Assembly (NCBI GenBank): GCA_019429125.1
Contig: JAHYJO010000015.1
Location: 1 to 37,118, forward strand
Source of the DNA: Nanobdellati archaeon
GTDB lineage: Archaea > EX4484-52 > GLR71
Length of the DNA: 37,118 bases
Direction of reading: 5' to 3'
Below, piece by piece: positions 19,816-30,281 of the stretch. The notes under the pieces were generated by a model. The model saw only the letters and a program-made list of their open reading frames with translations. It made no database searches and had not been told where the DNA came from. How positions within the stretch are numbered: the first letter of the stretch is position 1; each line of letters opens with the position of its first letter. A program made the translations under genes and the position numbers.

Positions 19816-20607
19816 TTATTTTTTATTGCCTTCTTTATAGACTCCAACAATCACAAAAGACATGAAAGGAAACGCCAAAAACAACACAAAAAACATTGCA
19901 ACAGCAATCGCCACTAAAAATGGTATAGATAGATAAATACTAATCTCTGCCAAATATCCAGCAATTGCAGTAACTCCTAATATTACAAGCATAACTGAAA
20001 AAAAGATTACAAATACTGACAGTATTACCCCCACAACAAGAGAAACATTACTTGTGAAAAACTTTGCACTTTTCTTGACTGCCTCAAACCCATCAACTTT
20101 AGTGACGGCAACGATAGTAATTGAAAATATAAGTGATAACTGAACCAATAAAGCAAAAGCAAACACAGCCGAATATACAACAACAGAAGCAAACGTAGAA
20201 TCAAAAACATAATTAGTCATTAAAGTATTAATTCCAAAACCAACAACATATGCAATTAATTGAATAACGATAAACGCTTTGAAAATATCCATCCAACGTG
20301 TATCTATACCAACACGAATATCCGCAAGCTTAATCTTTTTTTTAGCTTTCATAAGATATATACTATAATAAACACCACCTGAAAGCATTGCAAGCACAAA
20401 CGAAAGGAAAATACTCATAACAGATATCATTGAAGATGTACCAACAGATAACTGTTCTAGAGTCACAAGACCCGTAACCATAAAAAAACCTTCAATAATA
20501 AGCACCACAGACCAAAAAACAAGACCTATAAACAAAGATTCACGGAAATTATCTTTCACAAGATTAAACGAATTTTTCAATATTTCACTGACTGCCATAA
20601 AAACCAT
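19816..20607 (-). CDS. Polytopic membrane protein of unknown function
   Basis: About 6 TM helices with a GFEAVKKSAK loop typical of GDPD-membrane-domain-like proteins. Confidence 0.75.
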   Translation of the reverse strand: MVFMAVSEILKNSFNLVKDNFRESLFIGLVFWSVVLIIEGFFMVTGLVTLEQLSVGTSSMISVMSIFLSFVLAMLSGGVYYSIYLMKAKKKIKLADIRVGIDTRWMDIFKAFIVIQLIAYVVGFGINTLMTNYVFDSTFASVVVYSAVFAFALLVQLSLIFSITIVAVTKVDGFEAVKKSAKFFTSNVSLVVGVILSVFVIFFSVMLVILGVTAIAGYLAEISIYLSIPFLVAIAVAMFFVLFLAFPFMSFVIVGVYKEGNKK

Positions 20608-20730
20608 CTACAAGAGTTACTCAATGTTATTTACTTAAACCCCTATATATAACTTAACATCAATAGAGATATTACAAACATTTAAAATATTTACGAAATC
20701 ACTTATCTCATCTTATAGTCGATGATACTA

Positions 20731-21204
20731 ATGAAAAAAGCTATTTTTGTTGGCAGATTCCAACCATTGCACAACGGTCATGTAAATGCAATAAAACGCA
20801 TTGTTGAACAAGATGACATATACCACTTACACATAATAATAGGAAGCGCAAATAAGAAATACACAGATGACAACCCATTATCTTTTGAGACACGAAAATA
20901 TATTATTTCTGAAACTCTAAACGACCTAATACGCGCAGGAAAGATAACCATCTCAGGCCTTGACGACCACGCAAACGACGAGGACTGGATAAAAAACCTA
21001 AAACAAATTGTGCCAGATGCAGATATCACCTACAGTGGCAATGAATGGACAAGACGTTGCATTGAACCTTTCTGTAAAGTTGAAGAACCAGACTTTCTTG
21101 ACAAAGACATTCTAAACGGCACAAACATCCGATTGCGCATAAAAGAAAAAAAAGAAATAAAACACCTCGTGCCTGAGAAGGTGTTTGAACACTTCAAAAA
21201 ATAA
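20731..21204 (+). CDS. nadM: Nicotinamide-nucleotide adenylyltransferase
   Basis: GRFQPLHNGH, IGSA, NPLS and NGTNIR motifs. Confidence 0.88.
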   Translation: MKKAIFVGRFQPLHNGHVNAIKRIVEQDDIYHLHIIIGSANKKYTDDNPLSFETRKYIISETLNDLIRAGKITISGLDDHANDEDWIKNLKQIVPDADITYSGNEWTRRCIEPFCKVEEPDFLDKDILNGTNIRLRIKEKKEIKHLVPEKVFEHFKK

Positions 21205-21227
21205 AAAAAAGATAGATAAAAAACCTA

Positions 21228-23642
21228 TCAAATCTTATTTCTAAACCTTTTCAAAAGAAGCGAATTAGTCACAACACTAACTGACGACATTGCCATCGCA
21301 AGCGCTGCAAACTCAGGTTTAAGATACCCTAATGCTGCAATAGGAACCCCAATTGAATTGTAAAAGAGTGCCCAGAACATGTTCTGTTTAATCTTAGCCA
21401 TTGTAGCCTTACTAAGTTTTATTGCGCCGACAACGTCACGCAAATCATTTTTAACAAGCACAATTTCACCCGTCTCAATCGCAACATCAGTTCCGGACCC
21501 TAAAGCAATCCCCACATCAGCCTGTGCAAGTGCAGGCGCATCATTTATGCCATCCCCAACCATAGCAACTTTCTTTCCAGACTCCTGCAACCTTTTGATA
21601 TTTTTCGCCTTATCTTCAGGCAAAACTTCAGACAACACATTATCAATTCCTGCCTTTTTAGCAATAGCATTAGCAGTCCTTTTATTGTCCCCAGTTATCA
21701 TTGTTACATCTATTCCCATAACTTTAAGACTAGCAACTGCCTCACGAGAACTCTCTTTGATAGTATCAGCGACAGCGATTATACCTGACAATTTCCCGCC
21801 GTAAGCTACAAGCATGGCAGTCTTGCCTTCATCTTCAAGCTTTTCCATCTGATCTGTAGTACTCTTATCATAAACTATCTTTTCCTCAGACATAAGTTTC
21901 CTGTTCCCAAGCAACACTTTCTTACCATTATAGACACACTCAACACCATGACCTGATATCGCCTTAAATTTTTCAGGTTCTAAAATCTCAATATTTCTTG
22001 ATTTAGCGCCAAGTACGATAGCTTCACCTAAAGGATGTTCAGAATGTTTTTCAACAATGGCAGAAACTTTAAGCAATTCATTTTCATCAAAATCACCCAA
22101 AGTTATAATGTCTGTAACCTCAGGTTTACCTTTTGTCAATGTGCCAGTCTTATCAAATACGATTGATTTTATCTTGTACACACTTTCTAAAGCCGAACCT
22201 CCTTTAATCAATATACCTTTCTCAGCGCCGACACCAGTCCCCACCATTATAGCAGTCGGTGTTGCAAGACCTAACGCGCAAGGACATGCAATAACTAATA
22301 CAGCAATTGCAGGAAGAAATGCGCCAATAAACGTTGAACCCACTACAAAATACCATATTACAAATGTAAGAAGCGATAGTACTACCACACCCTGAACAAA
22401 ATACCCAGAAATCATGTCTGCATATCTTTGTATAGGCGCTTTTGACCCTTGAGCATCTTCAACAAATTTTATAATGTGCGCGAGCGCCGTATCAGCTCCG
22501 ACCTTTGTTGCCTTAAATTTAATGACACCATTCTTATTTATTGTAGCACCGATTACAGTATCTCCTTTGACTTTTTTAACAGGCATACTCTCACCTGTAA
22601 TCATAGATTCATCAACAGACGAGTCACCATCAACAACCGCACCATCAACCGGTATTTTTTCACCAGGTTTAACTATTATAATATCACCTACGATAACTTC
22701 TTCAATAGGAATATCCATCTCTTTACCATTCCTAATAACTTTAGCAGTCTTTGCCTGAAGCCCTATCAACTTTTTTATTGCGTCACTTGTTTTCCCTTTA
22801 GCTTTCGCCTCAAGATATTTACCTAATACGACAAATGTAATAAGCAATGCTGTCGTCTCAAAAAATACTGCGTCTCCAAAATGATTAGGATAAAACAATG
22901 CCAAGATACTATAGACATATGCAGCTGAGGTTCCAAGAGTAATCAAGACATCCATATTTGCAGACTTATTTTTGAGTGCAAAATATGTACCCCTAAAAAA
23001 CTGCCAACCAACATAAAAAAGTACAGGTGTAGTAAGTATAAACTGAATATACATATTAAATGGGAAATCCATAAATACCATACTTAAAAGAAATACAGGC
23101 GCTGTCAATATTGCTCCAATAATCAATTTTCGTTTCTGCAAACTTATCTCATCAACTTTGGTATCATCTTTTGCATTATCACCAGAAAAAGCACCTTTAT
23201 ATCCCAGACTTTTTATCTTTGTCAAAATCATTTTATCAGTCAATATCTCTGAATCATACTCAAGATTCATAGTCTCAGTTGCAAAATTGACTGACACTTT
23301 TTTAACACCATCAACTTTTTTGAACACGTTTTCAGTGTTTAGTGCGCACGAGGCACAATGCATACCTTTGACCCTTACATCTGCCTTAGTAATACCTGTC
23401 ATTTTACTTACATCATTTCCCACACCTATAGCTTTTGCCTTATAACCGAGCTTATTTATTTTTGAAGTTATATCAGTTATAGATGTTTTTTCATCATCAT
23501 AGTTAACTGTAACTTTCTCAACCGCAAAATTAACATTTGCTTCAGAAACACCATCAAGATTATTCAATACATTCTCAATAGTGAGTGCGCACGAGGCACA
23601 ATGCATCCCAGATATATCAAAAATATCAGTCTTTTTTCCCAT
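21228..23642 (-). CDS. copA: Cu(+)-exporting P1B-1 ATPase
   Basis: Two GMHCASC domains, TGES, CPC, DKTGT, SEHP, GDGIND, YN and MAMSS; start placed at the ATG just after the regulator's stop. Confidence 0.95.
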   Translation of the reverse strand: MGKKTDIFDISGMHCASCALTIENVLNNLDGVSEANVNFAVEKVTVNYDDEKTSITDITSKINKLGYKAKAIGVGNDVSKMTGITKADVRVKGMHCASCALNTENVFKKVDGVKKVSVNFATETMNLEYDSEILTDKMILTKIKSLGYKGAFSGDNAKDDTKVDEISLQKRKLIIGAILTAPVFLLSMVFMDFPFNMYIQFILTTPVLFYVGWQFFRGTYFALKNKSANMDVLITLGTSAAYVYSILALFYPNHFGDAVFFETTALLITFVVLGKYLEAKAKGKTSDAIKKLIGLQAKTAKVIRNGKEMDIPIEEVIVGDIIIVKPGEKIPVDGAVVDGDSSVDESMITGESMPVKKVKGDTVIGATINKNGVIKFKATKVGADTALAHIIKFVEDAQGSKAPIQRYADMISGYFVQGVVVLSLLTFVIWYFVVGSTFIGAFLPAIAVLVIACPCALGLATPTAIMVGTGVGAEKGILIKGGSALESVYKIKSIVFDKTGTLTKGKPEVTDIITLGDFDENELLKVSAIVEKHSEHPLGEAIVLGAKSRNIEILEPEKFKAISGHGVECVYNGKKVLLGNRKLMSEEKIVYDKSTTDQMEKLEDEGKTAMLVAYGGKLSGIIAVADTIKESSREAVASLKVMGIDVTMITGDNKRTANAIAKKAGIDNVLSEVLPEDKAKNIKRLQESGKKVAMVGDGINDAPALAQADVGIALGSGTDVAIETGEIVLVKNDLRDVVGAIKLSKATMAKIKQNMFWALFYNSIGVPIAALGYLKPEFAALAMAMSSVSVVTNSLLLKRFRNKI

Positions 23643-23643
23643 A

Positions 23644-24069
23644 TCATTCATCTCTCCCATCTTTAAACGATTTTGCGCAATGGCAACAACAAAATACATA
23701 ATGTTTACCATTTATATCTTCCTTGTGCCCGCCTTCATAAACTTTGCAACCGCAATGTGCGCATGTTGAAAGGCTCGGTTCAATTGCAATCTTTATAATT
23801 TCACCAAATCGTGAAATCATGTTATTAACAAATTTCTTGCCTGACACTGTCAATTTATACTCAACTTTATCTCTAGACCCCGGCGCCAAAGCATCAATGT
23901 AACCGTGCTCCTCAAGCGTCTTTAAAAACGGATAAATCTGTCCAGGACTAGTATTTTTTTCCATTTTAGCGCCCGTCTCTTTAATTATTTCATACCCCGT
24001 TTTAGGACCTTCCAAAAGTAAAAGGACAGTATAAAATTTCACCATATTTGTTATCTTGAGTTCTTCCAT
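23644..24069 (-). CDS. PadR-family regulator with a C-terminal TRASH-like Cys-rich domain
   Basis: [32 protein letters not shown] winged helix followed by CAHCGC...FCCCHC. Confidence 0.88.
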   Translation of the reverse strand: MEELKITNMVKFYTVLLLLEGPKTGYEIIKETGAKMEKNTSPGQIYPFLKTLEEHGYIDALAPGSRDKVEYKLTVSGKKFVNNMISRFGEIIKIAIEPSLSTCAHCGCKVYEGGHKEDINGKHYVFCCCHCAKSFKDGRDE

Positions 24070-24092
24070 AGATGTAATAATGCACACAAAAC

Positions 24093-24130
24093 TATTTAAA
24101 ATGACCTGTCGGTTTATGATATGTCATAAA
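24093..24130. promoter_or_regulatory. TATA box of padR-copA and an adjacent palindromic operator candidate
   Basis: TTTAAATA on the minus strand at 24093-24100; inverted repeat TTTATGA-tatg-TCATAAA at 24113-24130. Confidence 0.55.
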
Positions 24131-24187
24131 TTTATTATTTGAACTAAAATCAAAAAATTATATAACTCACAACACCAAAATAAACAC

Positions 24188-24751
24188 ATGCTTTCTGATT
24201 TCATAATACCATTTATGATTGTAGGTCTCGCCGAACTAGGTGACAAGACACAGATTACCATGCTTGCGCTTTCAACACGTTTCAATGACCCTTACAAGAT
24301 ATTTACAGGTAGCATGCTAGCATTCCTTTTAGTTGACGGCACAGCCATAGCTTTAGGGAGCATGTTATCCTCATACATATCCATATCACTAGTACATCTC
24401 TCTTCCGGAGTGATATTTCTAGCTTTCGGAATTTACATATACTTCTCAAAAGACGAAGAAGAAACAAAAATAAAACCCAAATCCGCATTTATATCATCAT
24501 TTGCAATAATATTTCTTGCAGAATTAGGCGACAAGACACAGGTGACCTCACTTCTTTTTGCCACACATTTCAATCCCTGGATAGTCCTTGTAGCAGTCAT
24601 GATAGCGCTTGCAACACTGACAGCAACAGCAATAATCCTTGGCACAAAAATCAAGAGACATATAAAACCCAAAACAATAAAATACACAGCAACAACAATG
24701 TTCATACTGTTCGGACTTTTCGAAATATATTCATACCTAAAAATAGTATAA
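24188..24751 (+). CDS. UPF0016 / TMEM165 / GDT1 family Mn2+/Ca2+ transporter
   Basis: Two ELGDKTQ motifs and about 6 TM helices. Confidence 0.93.
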   Translation: MLSDFIIPFMIVGLAELGDKTQITMLALSTRFNDPYKIFTGSMLAFLLVDGTAIALGSMLSSYISISLVHLSSGVIFLAFGIYIYFSKDEEETKIKPKSAFISSFAIIFLAELGDKTQVTSLLFATHFNPWIVLVAVMIALATLTATAIILGTKIKRHIKPKTIKYTATTMFILFGLFEIYSYLKIV

Positions 24752-24758
24752 GAAATAA

Positions 24759-25493
24759 TCATCCAAACAATCCAAAAGACATCTTCTTAACCCTTATCTT
24801 TGCAGTATTAACGATTGACAGCTTTGCAAGCCACTTCTCAGCATCTTTATACTTTTCAAACTTCATCTCATCAACCTTAAACTTACTGTGATGCGCACGC
24901 ATCTGATAATTTGTCTTTTCAACATCATGGATTATGTGCAACATCTCATGATACAATACAAACTCAGCAACAAACCGAGGCACACGAGAATCATCAAGAG
25001 TTTTGCTAATTAAAATTGCATGTTTTGAAGGATCATAGTGTCCATATTTTCTTGTAGTCAGCCGTGGTCCCCAACAAAGAGCAGGCATGGCAAGCACATC
25101 TGAAAAATATTTACTATTAATTTCATAAAACATCTCAGAAAGATTATAAGCACTGCCGGCAGGTGTATGTTTAGCTTTTCTGCCACGAACTTTCTTGAGA
25201 TCCTTATGCCTATCATTCATCATCTCAGAATTAATCCAAAGGCGATAAACCCTCTGATACACACAAGGGCACTTCTTTTTCTTTATCTTAGATATCAATA
25301 TGTACGCAAGAGCAGAAATAACTTTTTCAGGCGCATCAGACAATGCATCAGACACCTTAACTTCAAGAACACCTGCACAGACACGGACAGAGCTCTTGAC
25401 CCCCGCATACTTATAGAACTTAGCAGAGACATCAATATGAGAACCTGAAATTTCTTGATACACCGACGAAAAAATCTCATTAAGGTCAAGCAT
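24759..25493 (-). CDS. SprT-like / YgjP-like zinc metalloprotease
   Basis: HEMLH zincin motif with a downstream H (RAHHSKF); INSKYF..WG..YGHY pattern. Confidence 0.82.
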   Translation of the reverse strand: MLDLNEIFSSVYQEISGSHIDVSAKFYKYAGVKSSVRVCAGVLEVKVSDALSDAPEKVISALAYILISKIKKKKCPCVYQRVYRLWINSEMMNDRHKDLKKVRGRKAKHTPAGSAYNLSEMFYEINSKYFSDVLAMPALCWGPRLTTRKYGHYDPSKHAILISKTLDDSRVPRFVAEFVLYHEMLHIIHDVEKTNYQMRAHHSKFKVDEMKFEKYKDAEKWLAKLSIVNTAKIRVKKMSFGLFG

Positions 25494-25498
25494 GATAA

Positions 25499-27385
25499 TC
25501 AAATCCTGTAAAACTCATAAAGCTCAGCTGACAAGTCACCGCTTATATATATCTGAGCCTCGCGCGGAAGAAGCCCCCTGTAAGGATTCCATAAAAATCT
25601 CTTATCCATAAGGACAATGACACCCCTATCCGTCTCAGACCTTATACACCTGCCTGCCGTCTGCATAACTTTGTTCATCGCAGGATAAGTATATCCATAA
25701 TCCCATCCTTTCTTAAACTTCATCTCGTAATAATTAATTAATGCTTGGTTCTTTATATCTGGCCTTTCAAGTGGAAGCCCCACAACAACTACCCCATTCA
25801 TGATCTCGCCCGGAAAATCCACACCCTCACTAAAGTTAGCCCCGACAACCGCAAAAAGAGCCGCAGACTTATCAGTTTTCACAAAAGACGCAAATTTATT
25901 AAATAACATTTTCTTATCATTTTTAGTCATACCTCGTGCCTCAAGAAGTATCTCTTTATCAATTGTAAACTGTGCCATCAACTCATAGACCGTATTAAGC
26001 ATGCTATATGACGGAAAAAATACCCCCAAGTTTCCAGAAGTATTATTGATAACTTTCACAATATTGCCAGCAATCTTATATGACTGCTCCTCGCTCCGTT
26101 CAGTAAATTTAGTAGTCACATCATCTTTTATGAGAATCAGACAATTCTCGCGTGGAAAAGGAGAATCAAGAACAAGTGATTCCGTAAGCATCTTATTAAG
26201 ACCCAAAACTTCCATAAACATATCAACAGGAGTAAGAGTCCCTGACATAAGTATCACAGAATGAAGCTTCTCAAACAAGTTCTTTGTAAGCATAGAAGGA
26301 TCAAGACAATCATAGCATACCTCAAATCCTACAACACCCATAATATTCCTTTCAGTCTTAACAATCCTTACAAACCCTAAATCCAATCCACACCAATCAA
26401 GCAAGAACTTACCGACACCACCTATATAAGAAATCTTACGTTCATTGGTAACAATGTCTCCTGCAATGACCAATTCATTTACAAACTGATTAAAATCATC
26501 ATATACATCTTTTACAATTTTTACCAGAAATTCTTTTTTTGCTAGTTTCTCATCTTCTTTCCCAGTATGTGTGATACAATATTCATTTAGAATGTTCCTG
26601 AATTTACGCAGATTTTTTGATATGTCCTGAAAATTAAATTTATCAGATTCTTTTATCGCCTTATCTAAAACATCAGACGTAAGATGTGACGACATTAATT
26701 CACGCACCCTTCCAGGCACATTATGCGCCTCATCAATGACAAGTATTATATCCCCCATATCTTTCTCAAGCTTTGACAAAAACATTTTCTGCACAAACGG
26801 GTGAAGCATGTGATAATAATCAGCAATTATGACATTTGAATCTTTTAGGTATTGCATAAGTATCTCATAAGGACACAACTCATTCTGCAAGCAGATATCT
26901 TTGGCATCTTCAGAAGTCATGATATGTTCTTTTAGTTCACTTATAACCGAAACAGCCACAGGTGAAAGGTCCCCTCCTTTTTTAAATATCTTCTTGTAAT
27001 GCGAACATTTCTCTGAACCTTTAAGCTTCTTGCACATCTCAGACAAATTTTCAGAATTCTGCATTTTTGCATCTTCAAGCGCGCACAACCATCTTTTACC
27101 CACAATGTTTGCCACAGAAATGTCAATGTCTGGATTTTTTGCCTTGATAGCTTTCAAAGTATCAACAACAATTTTGTGTTGCATATGGCGTGGAGTCAGA
27201 AACACCACAGTCTTGTTGTTCTCAAGCGCATACTTAACAGCAGGCGCAAGCGCAGACACAGTTTTTCCGATACCTGTCGGTGCATGAACTACATAATTTT
27301 TTTTAGCTGAGAGACATTTATATACATCATCCATGAACTTAATCTGTCCAGGTCGTGTCTTATCAAAAGGAAAAAGAGTCTGCAT
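25499..27385 (-). CDS. xpd: XPD/Rad3/DinG family Fe-S DNA helicase
   Basis: Q motif RPGQ, APTGIGKT, four Cys for an Fe-S cluster, DEAH, SGTL, EGVDFPG and QTAGRCIR. Confidence 0.93.
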   Translation of the reverse strand: MQTLFPFDKTRPGQIKFMDDVYKCLSAKKNYVVHAPTGIGKTVSALAPAVKYALENNKTVVFLTPRHMQHKIVVDTLKAIKAKNPDIDISVANIVGKRWLCALEDAKMQNSENLSEMCKKLKGSEKCSHYKKIFKKGGDLSPVAVSVISELKEHIMTSEDAKDICLQNELCPYEILMQYLKDSNVIIADYYHMLHPFVQKMFLSKLEKDMGDIILVIDEAHNVPGRVRELMSSHLTSDVLDKAIKESDKFNFQDISKNLRKFRNILNEYCITHTGKEDEKLAKKEFLVKIVKDVYDDFNQFVNELVIAGDIVTNERKISYIGGVGKFLLDWCGLDLGFVRIVKTERNIMGVVGFEVCYDCLDPSMLTKNLFEKLHSVILMSGTLTPVDMFMEVLGLNKMLTESLVLDSPFPRENCLILIKDDVTTKFTERSEEQSYKIAGNIVKVINNTSGNLGVFFPSYSMLNTVYELMAQFTIDKEILLEARGMTKNDKKMLFNKFASFVKTDKSAALFAVVGANFSEGVDFPGEIMNGVVVVGLPLERPDIKNQALINYYEMKFKKGWDYGYTYPAMNKVMQTAGRCIRSETDRGVIVLMDKRFLWNPYRGLLPREAQIYISGDLSAELYEFYRI

Positions 27386-27480
27386 ATCCTATCCGTTGTT
27401 TCAGAAGTTTTAAATGTGTAAGTGATTTCAAGATAAAATCCAACAATCTTTTTATATTTCTATCTTTTACAAAAATAACC

Positions 27481-28353
27481 ATGACACAACTTATCCTTTG
27501 CCGTTACGGTGAGCTCTGGCTCAAGTCAAAACCCGTAATGGATAAATTCTATTCAAAACTAATCTCCAACATGCAAAAGATGCTTGATAGAGAAGACGAT
27601 ATAGATTTCAAGATAATGAAAAAAAGAAACCGCGCATTCGTAAGAACAGACAACCCAGAGAAAGCAATAGAAATATTAAAACGAACCCCTGGCCTAATAT
27701 CAATATCCCCCGTACTAAAAACTGAAATGGATCTTGAAACTATAGAGACAGAACTCTTAAAACTTGCAGAAAAAAGACTTAAAGGCAACACAAAATCATG
27801 GGCAGTCAAAGTAAAAAGAGTAGGCACACACGATATAACAAGCAAAGAGATGGAATCCCGTTGGGGATTTGCAGTAGGCTCAATATATGATAATCCCGTA
27901 AACCTTTCAAAACCAGACATTGCATTAAATGTTGAAGTAAGAAACAGTTCAGCATACATATTCGCAGACACATACCAATGCGCAGGAGGATTGCCCGTAG
28001 GTGTTGAAGGAACAGTTGCCGCACTGATACAAAATGAAAAAGATGTAATAGCCACATACCTCATAATGAAACGAGGATGCGACGTCATAGCACTAACAAA
28101 TAATACACAACTAGCAAAAAAACTTCTCATATCCACACCACATCTTGAAATTATAGAGTTCAAGAAAGACTGGACAGACGCGCTTAAGGAAGCAATTGAA
28201 AAACACAATGCAAAAGCATTTGTCAGTGGAGAAAACTTAAAAAACCTGACAGATCTTGAAAAAGATATAAATCTTCCAATACTGAGACCATTAATAGGAA
28301 TTGATGACAACAAGATAAAAGAGATAAGAACAAATATATTTGTACTTGTTTAG
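27481..28353 (+). CDS. thiI: THUMP-domain ThiI-like protein with a degenerate PP-loop
   Basis: RYGELWLKS, THUMP domain (VNLSKPD), GGLPVG, MKRG and ILRPLIG; SGGxDS is absent. ATG at 27481 chosen to avoid overlap with xpd. Confidence 0.8.
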   Translation: MTQLILCRYGELWLKSKPVMDKFYSKLISNMQKMLDREDDIDFKIMKKRNRAFVRTDNPEKAIEILKRTPGLISISPVLKTEMDLETIETELLKLAEKRLKGNTKSWAVKVKRVGTHDITSKEMESRWGFAVGSIYDNPVNLSKPDIALNVEVRNSSAYIFADTYQCAGGLPVGVEGTVAALIQNEKDVIATYLIMKRGCDVIALTNNTQLAKKLLISTPHLEIIEFKKDWTDALKEAIEKHNAKAFVSGENLKNLTDLEKDINLPILRPLIGIDDNKIKEIRTNIFVLV

Positions 28354-28598
28354 CTAAATTTTGTCTTACTTGCTTACGATTTTTTTGATAGGGTCATTAT
28401 TTGTTGAAATATTTTTAAGTTATAATTTTCTACATTACTTGCAGGCTATCGATTTTATAAAAAAGGAGTAAATATTTTTTAACAAAAATTAACTACACAT
28501 TTTCAAGCTGTAGCTATTGATTTTATAAAAAGTATAATGTATGTAAGTTACATCATGATGGTCGTAGCATGCCGATTATTTTTTTGCTAAACAAGTAC
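28342..28598 (+). mobile_element. MITE copy B, complete, 257 bp
   Basis: Perfect 13-bp TIRs GTACTTGTTTAGC / GCTAAACAAGTAC; 8-bp TSD ATATATTT at 28334-28341 and 28599-28606; no ORF. Confidence 0.95.
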
Positions 28599-28815
28599 AT
28601 ATATTTTAATTAAATTTCAATTATTCTTATTCGAAACCATACTTAGAACACCCGTTAAAACTTCATGAAGCCCACTTAAATCTGAATCATTATAACCCTA
28701 AAAAAACCCAGCGTCATCAACCATATCATAAATCTTACGATATGAAGAAGATAAACCACTTTCTATTTCCATACTAAACATCACATTTATTAATTTAGAG
28801 ATCAAAATCAAAAAC

Positions 28816-29493
28816 ATGGCAAACATCCTAACATTCAGATTCTTAAGAGAACTACAAAAACAAGAAAGGACAACAAAGGAACTTGAAAAGCTAGACCCTG
28901 ATTTCTATAAGCAGGTCGCAAACTATATGGAAAAAAAGATGAGTCTTGACCTTAAAGATAATTCAGATTTCTCAACAAAACGAGACCTTGACCACACAAA
29001 GATAATAATTAAAGACATACTCAACAGACGAGAACGAAAAGTGATAAACCTTGCAATGTTGAGCGCACGAGAAAACATTCTACCAAAAAACATACTTCCT
29101 GAAGAGAAAGAACTTTTTGAAAAGATAACAACTGGAGTAAAAAAATACAGGAGCACTTTAGAATTCATATTTTATGATGAGAATGACGAGACTGGTGCAA
29201 CTGAAAAAAAAGAAAAAAAGATAAAAGACGGCATATCAAAACAGACACCAGAAAAAGAAAACACAAATAAAAACATAAAAACAGATGACGAAAATAAAAA
29301 TGACAATATAAACAACGAAAAAACACAACAAAAAACAGATACAATTAAAATAACTATCCTAGATAATGTCCCACAATTTATGGCAGCAGACGGCAAAGGT
29401 TACGGCCCTTTCAAAAAAAATGACTTTGTAGACATCCCGACAACAGCCGCAACGCTTTTAATAAAGATAAAAAAAGCAATAAAACACGAATAA
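28816..29493 (+). CDS. GINS complex subunit (Gins15/Gins51 type)
   Basis: LEKLDPDFY..RRERKV..LPEEK alpha domain, charged linker and C-terminal B domain VPQFMAADGKGYGPF..D..IP. Confidence 0.88.
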   Translation: MANILTFRFLRELQKQERTTKELEKLDPDFYKQVANYMEKKMSLDLKDNSDFSTKRDLDHTKIIIKDILNRRERKVINLAMLSARENILPKNILPEEKELFEKITTGVKKYRSTLEFIFYDENDETGATEKKEKKIKDGISKQTPEKENTNKNIKTDDENKNDNINNEKTQQKTDTIKITILDNVPQFMAADGKGYGPFKKNDFVDIPTTAATLLIKIKKAIKHE

Positions 29494-29504
29494 AAGATGA
29501 TTGC

Positions 29505-30281
29505 ATGAAAATACAATTTCTAGGAACTGCAGGCGGAAGGACCAGCGTCTCAAAACAATTGCGCACAAGTGGTGGCATATACATAGAAACCTCAGGCAAG
29601 AAACTGTATCTAGACCCTGGTCCGGGCGCACTTATACATTCAAGAAAAAACAATATCCCTATAGAAACCCTTGATGCTATACTTTTATCTCATGTGCACC
29701 AAGACCACACAAATGACATAAATACGATGATTGACGCCTGGAGTGAAGGTGGTAAAAACATAAAAGGAACACTTATTGGAAGCATAAGCGCAATAGATGG
29801 ATTTGAAGATATTGAAAAGATAGTTCTAAACTACCATAAAAACCATGTTAAAAAAATAATTGCAATGGTTGAGAATGATTCAACAGACATAGGGCAAGTC
29901 CATATAACCGCAACAAAGACACAACACAGCGACCCAAAAGGAATAGGTTTCATAATAAAAGGAGAATATAAAATACTATCATATATAGGTGACGGATGCT
30001 ATTTTGAAGGACTTGAAGAGTACCATAAAAATTCAGACATCTTAATTGTAAACAACATATTTCCAAGATCAAGAACAGATGCTGACAAAAAAATTGGATA
30101 TCACATGGACACCTATGGCACACTGAAACTCATAAATAAAATACGGCCTGAACTAGTCATACTCCAACATTTTGCACAGACAATACTAGCAATTGGACCC
30201 GAAAATGAAGCCAAATGGCTTGAAGAACAGAGTGGTGTAAAGGTTCTCGCAGCAAAAGATTTCGAAATATTTGAATTCTAA
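29505..30281 (+). CDS. MBL-fold metallohydrolase
   Basis: FLGTAGG, LDPGPG, SHVHQDH, YIGD and QHF motifs. Confidence 0.9.
   Translation: MKIQFLGTAGGRTSVSKQLRTSGGIYIETSGKKLYLDPGPGALIHSRKNNIPIETLDAILLSHVHQDHTNDINTMIDAWSEGGKNIKGTLIGSISAIDGFEDIEKIVLNYHKNHVKKIIAMVENDSTDIGQVHITATKTQHSDPKGIGFIIKGEYKILSYIGDGCYFEGLEEYHKNSDILIVNNIFPRSRTDADKKIGYHMDTYGTLKLINKIRPELVILQHFAQTILAIGPENEAKWLEEQSGVKVLAAKDFEIFEF

Noticed and set aside
1-28598. A 28-kb composite transposon or already inverted segment bounded by the two MITE copies
   Set aside because: Copy B has its own intact TSD on both sides, which indicates an independent insertion with no recombination, and the interior is core genes.
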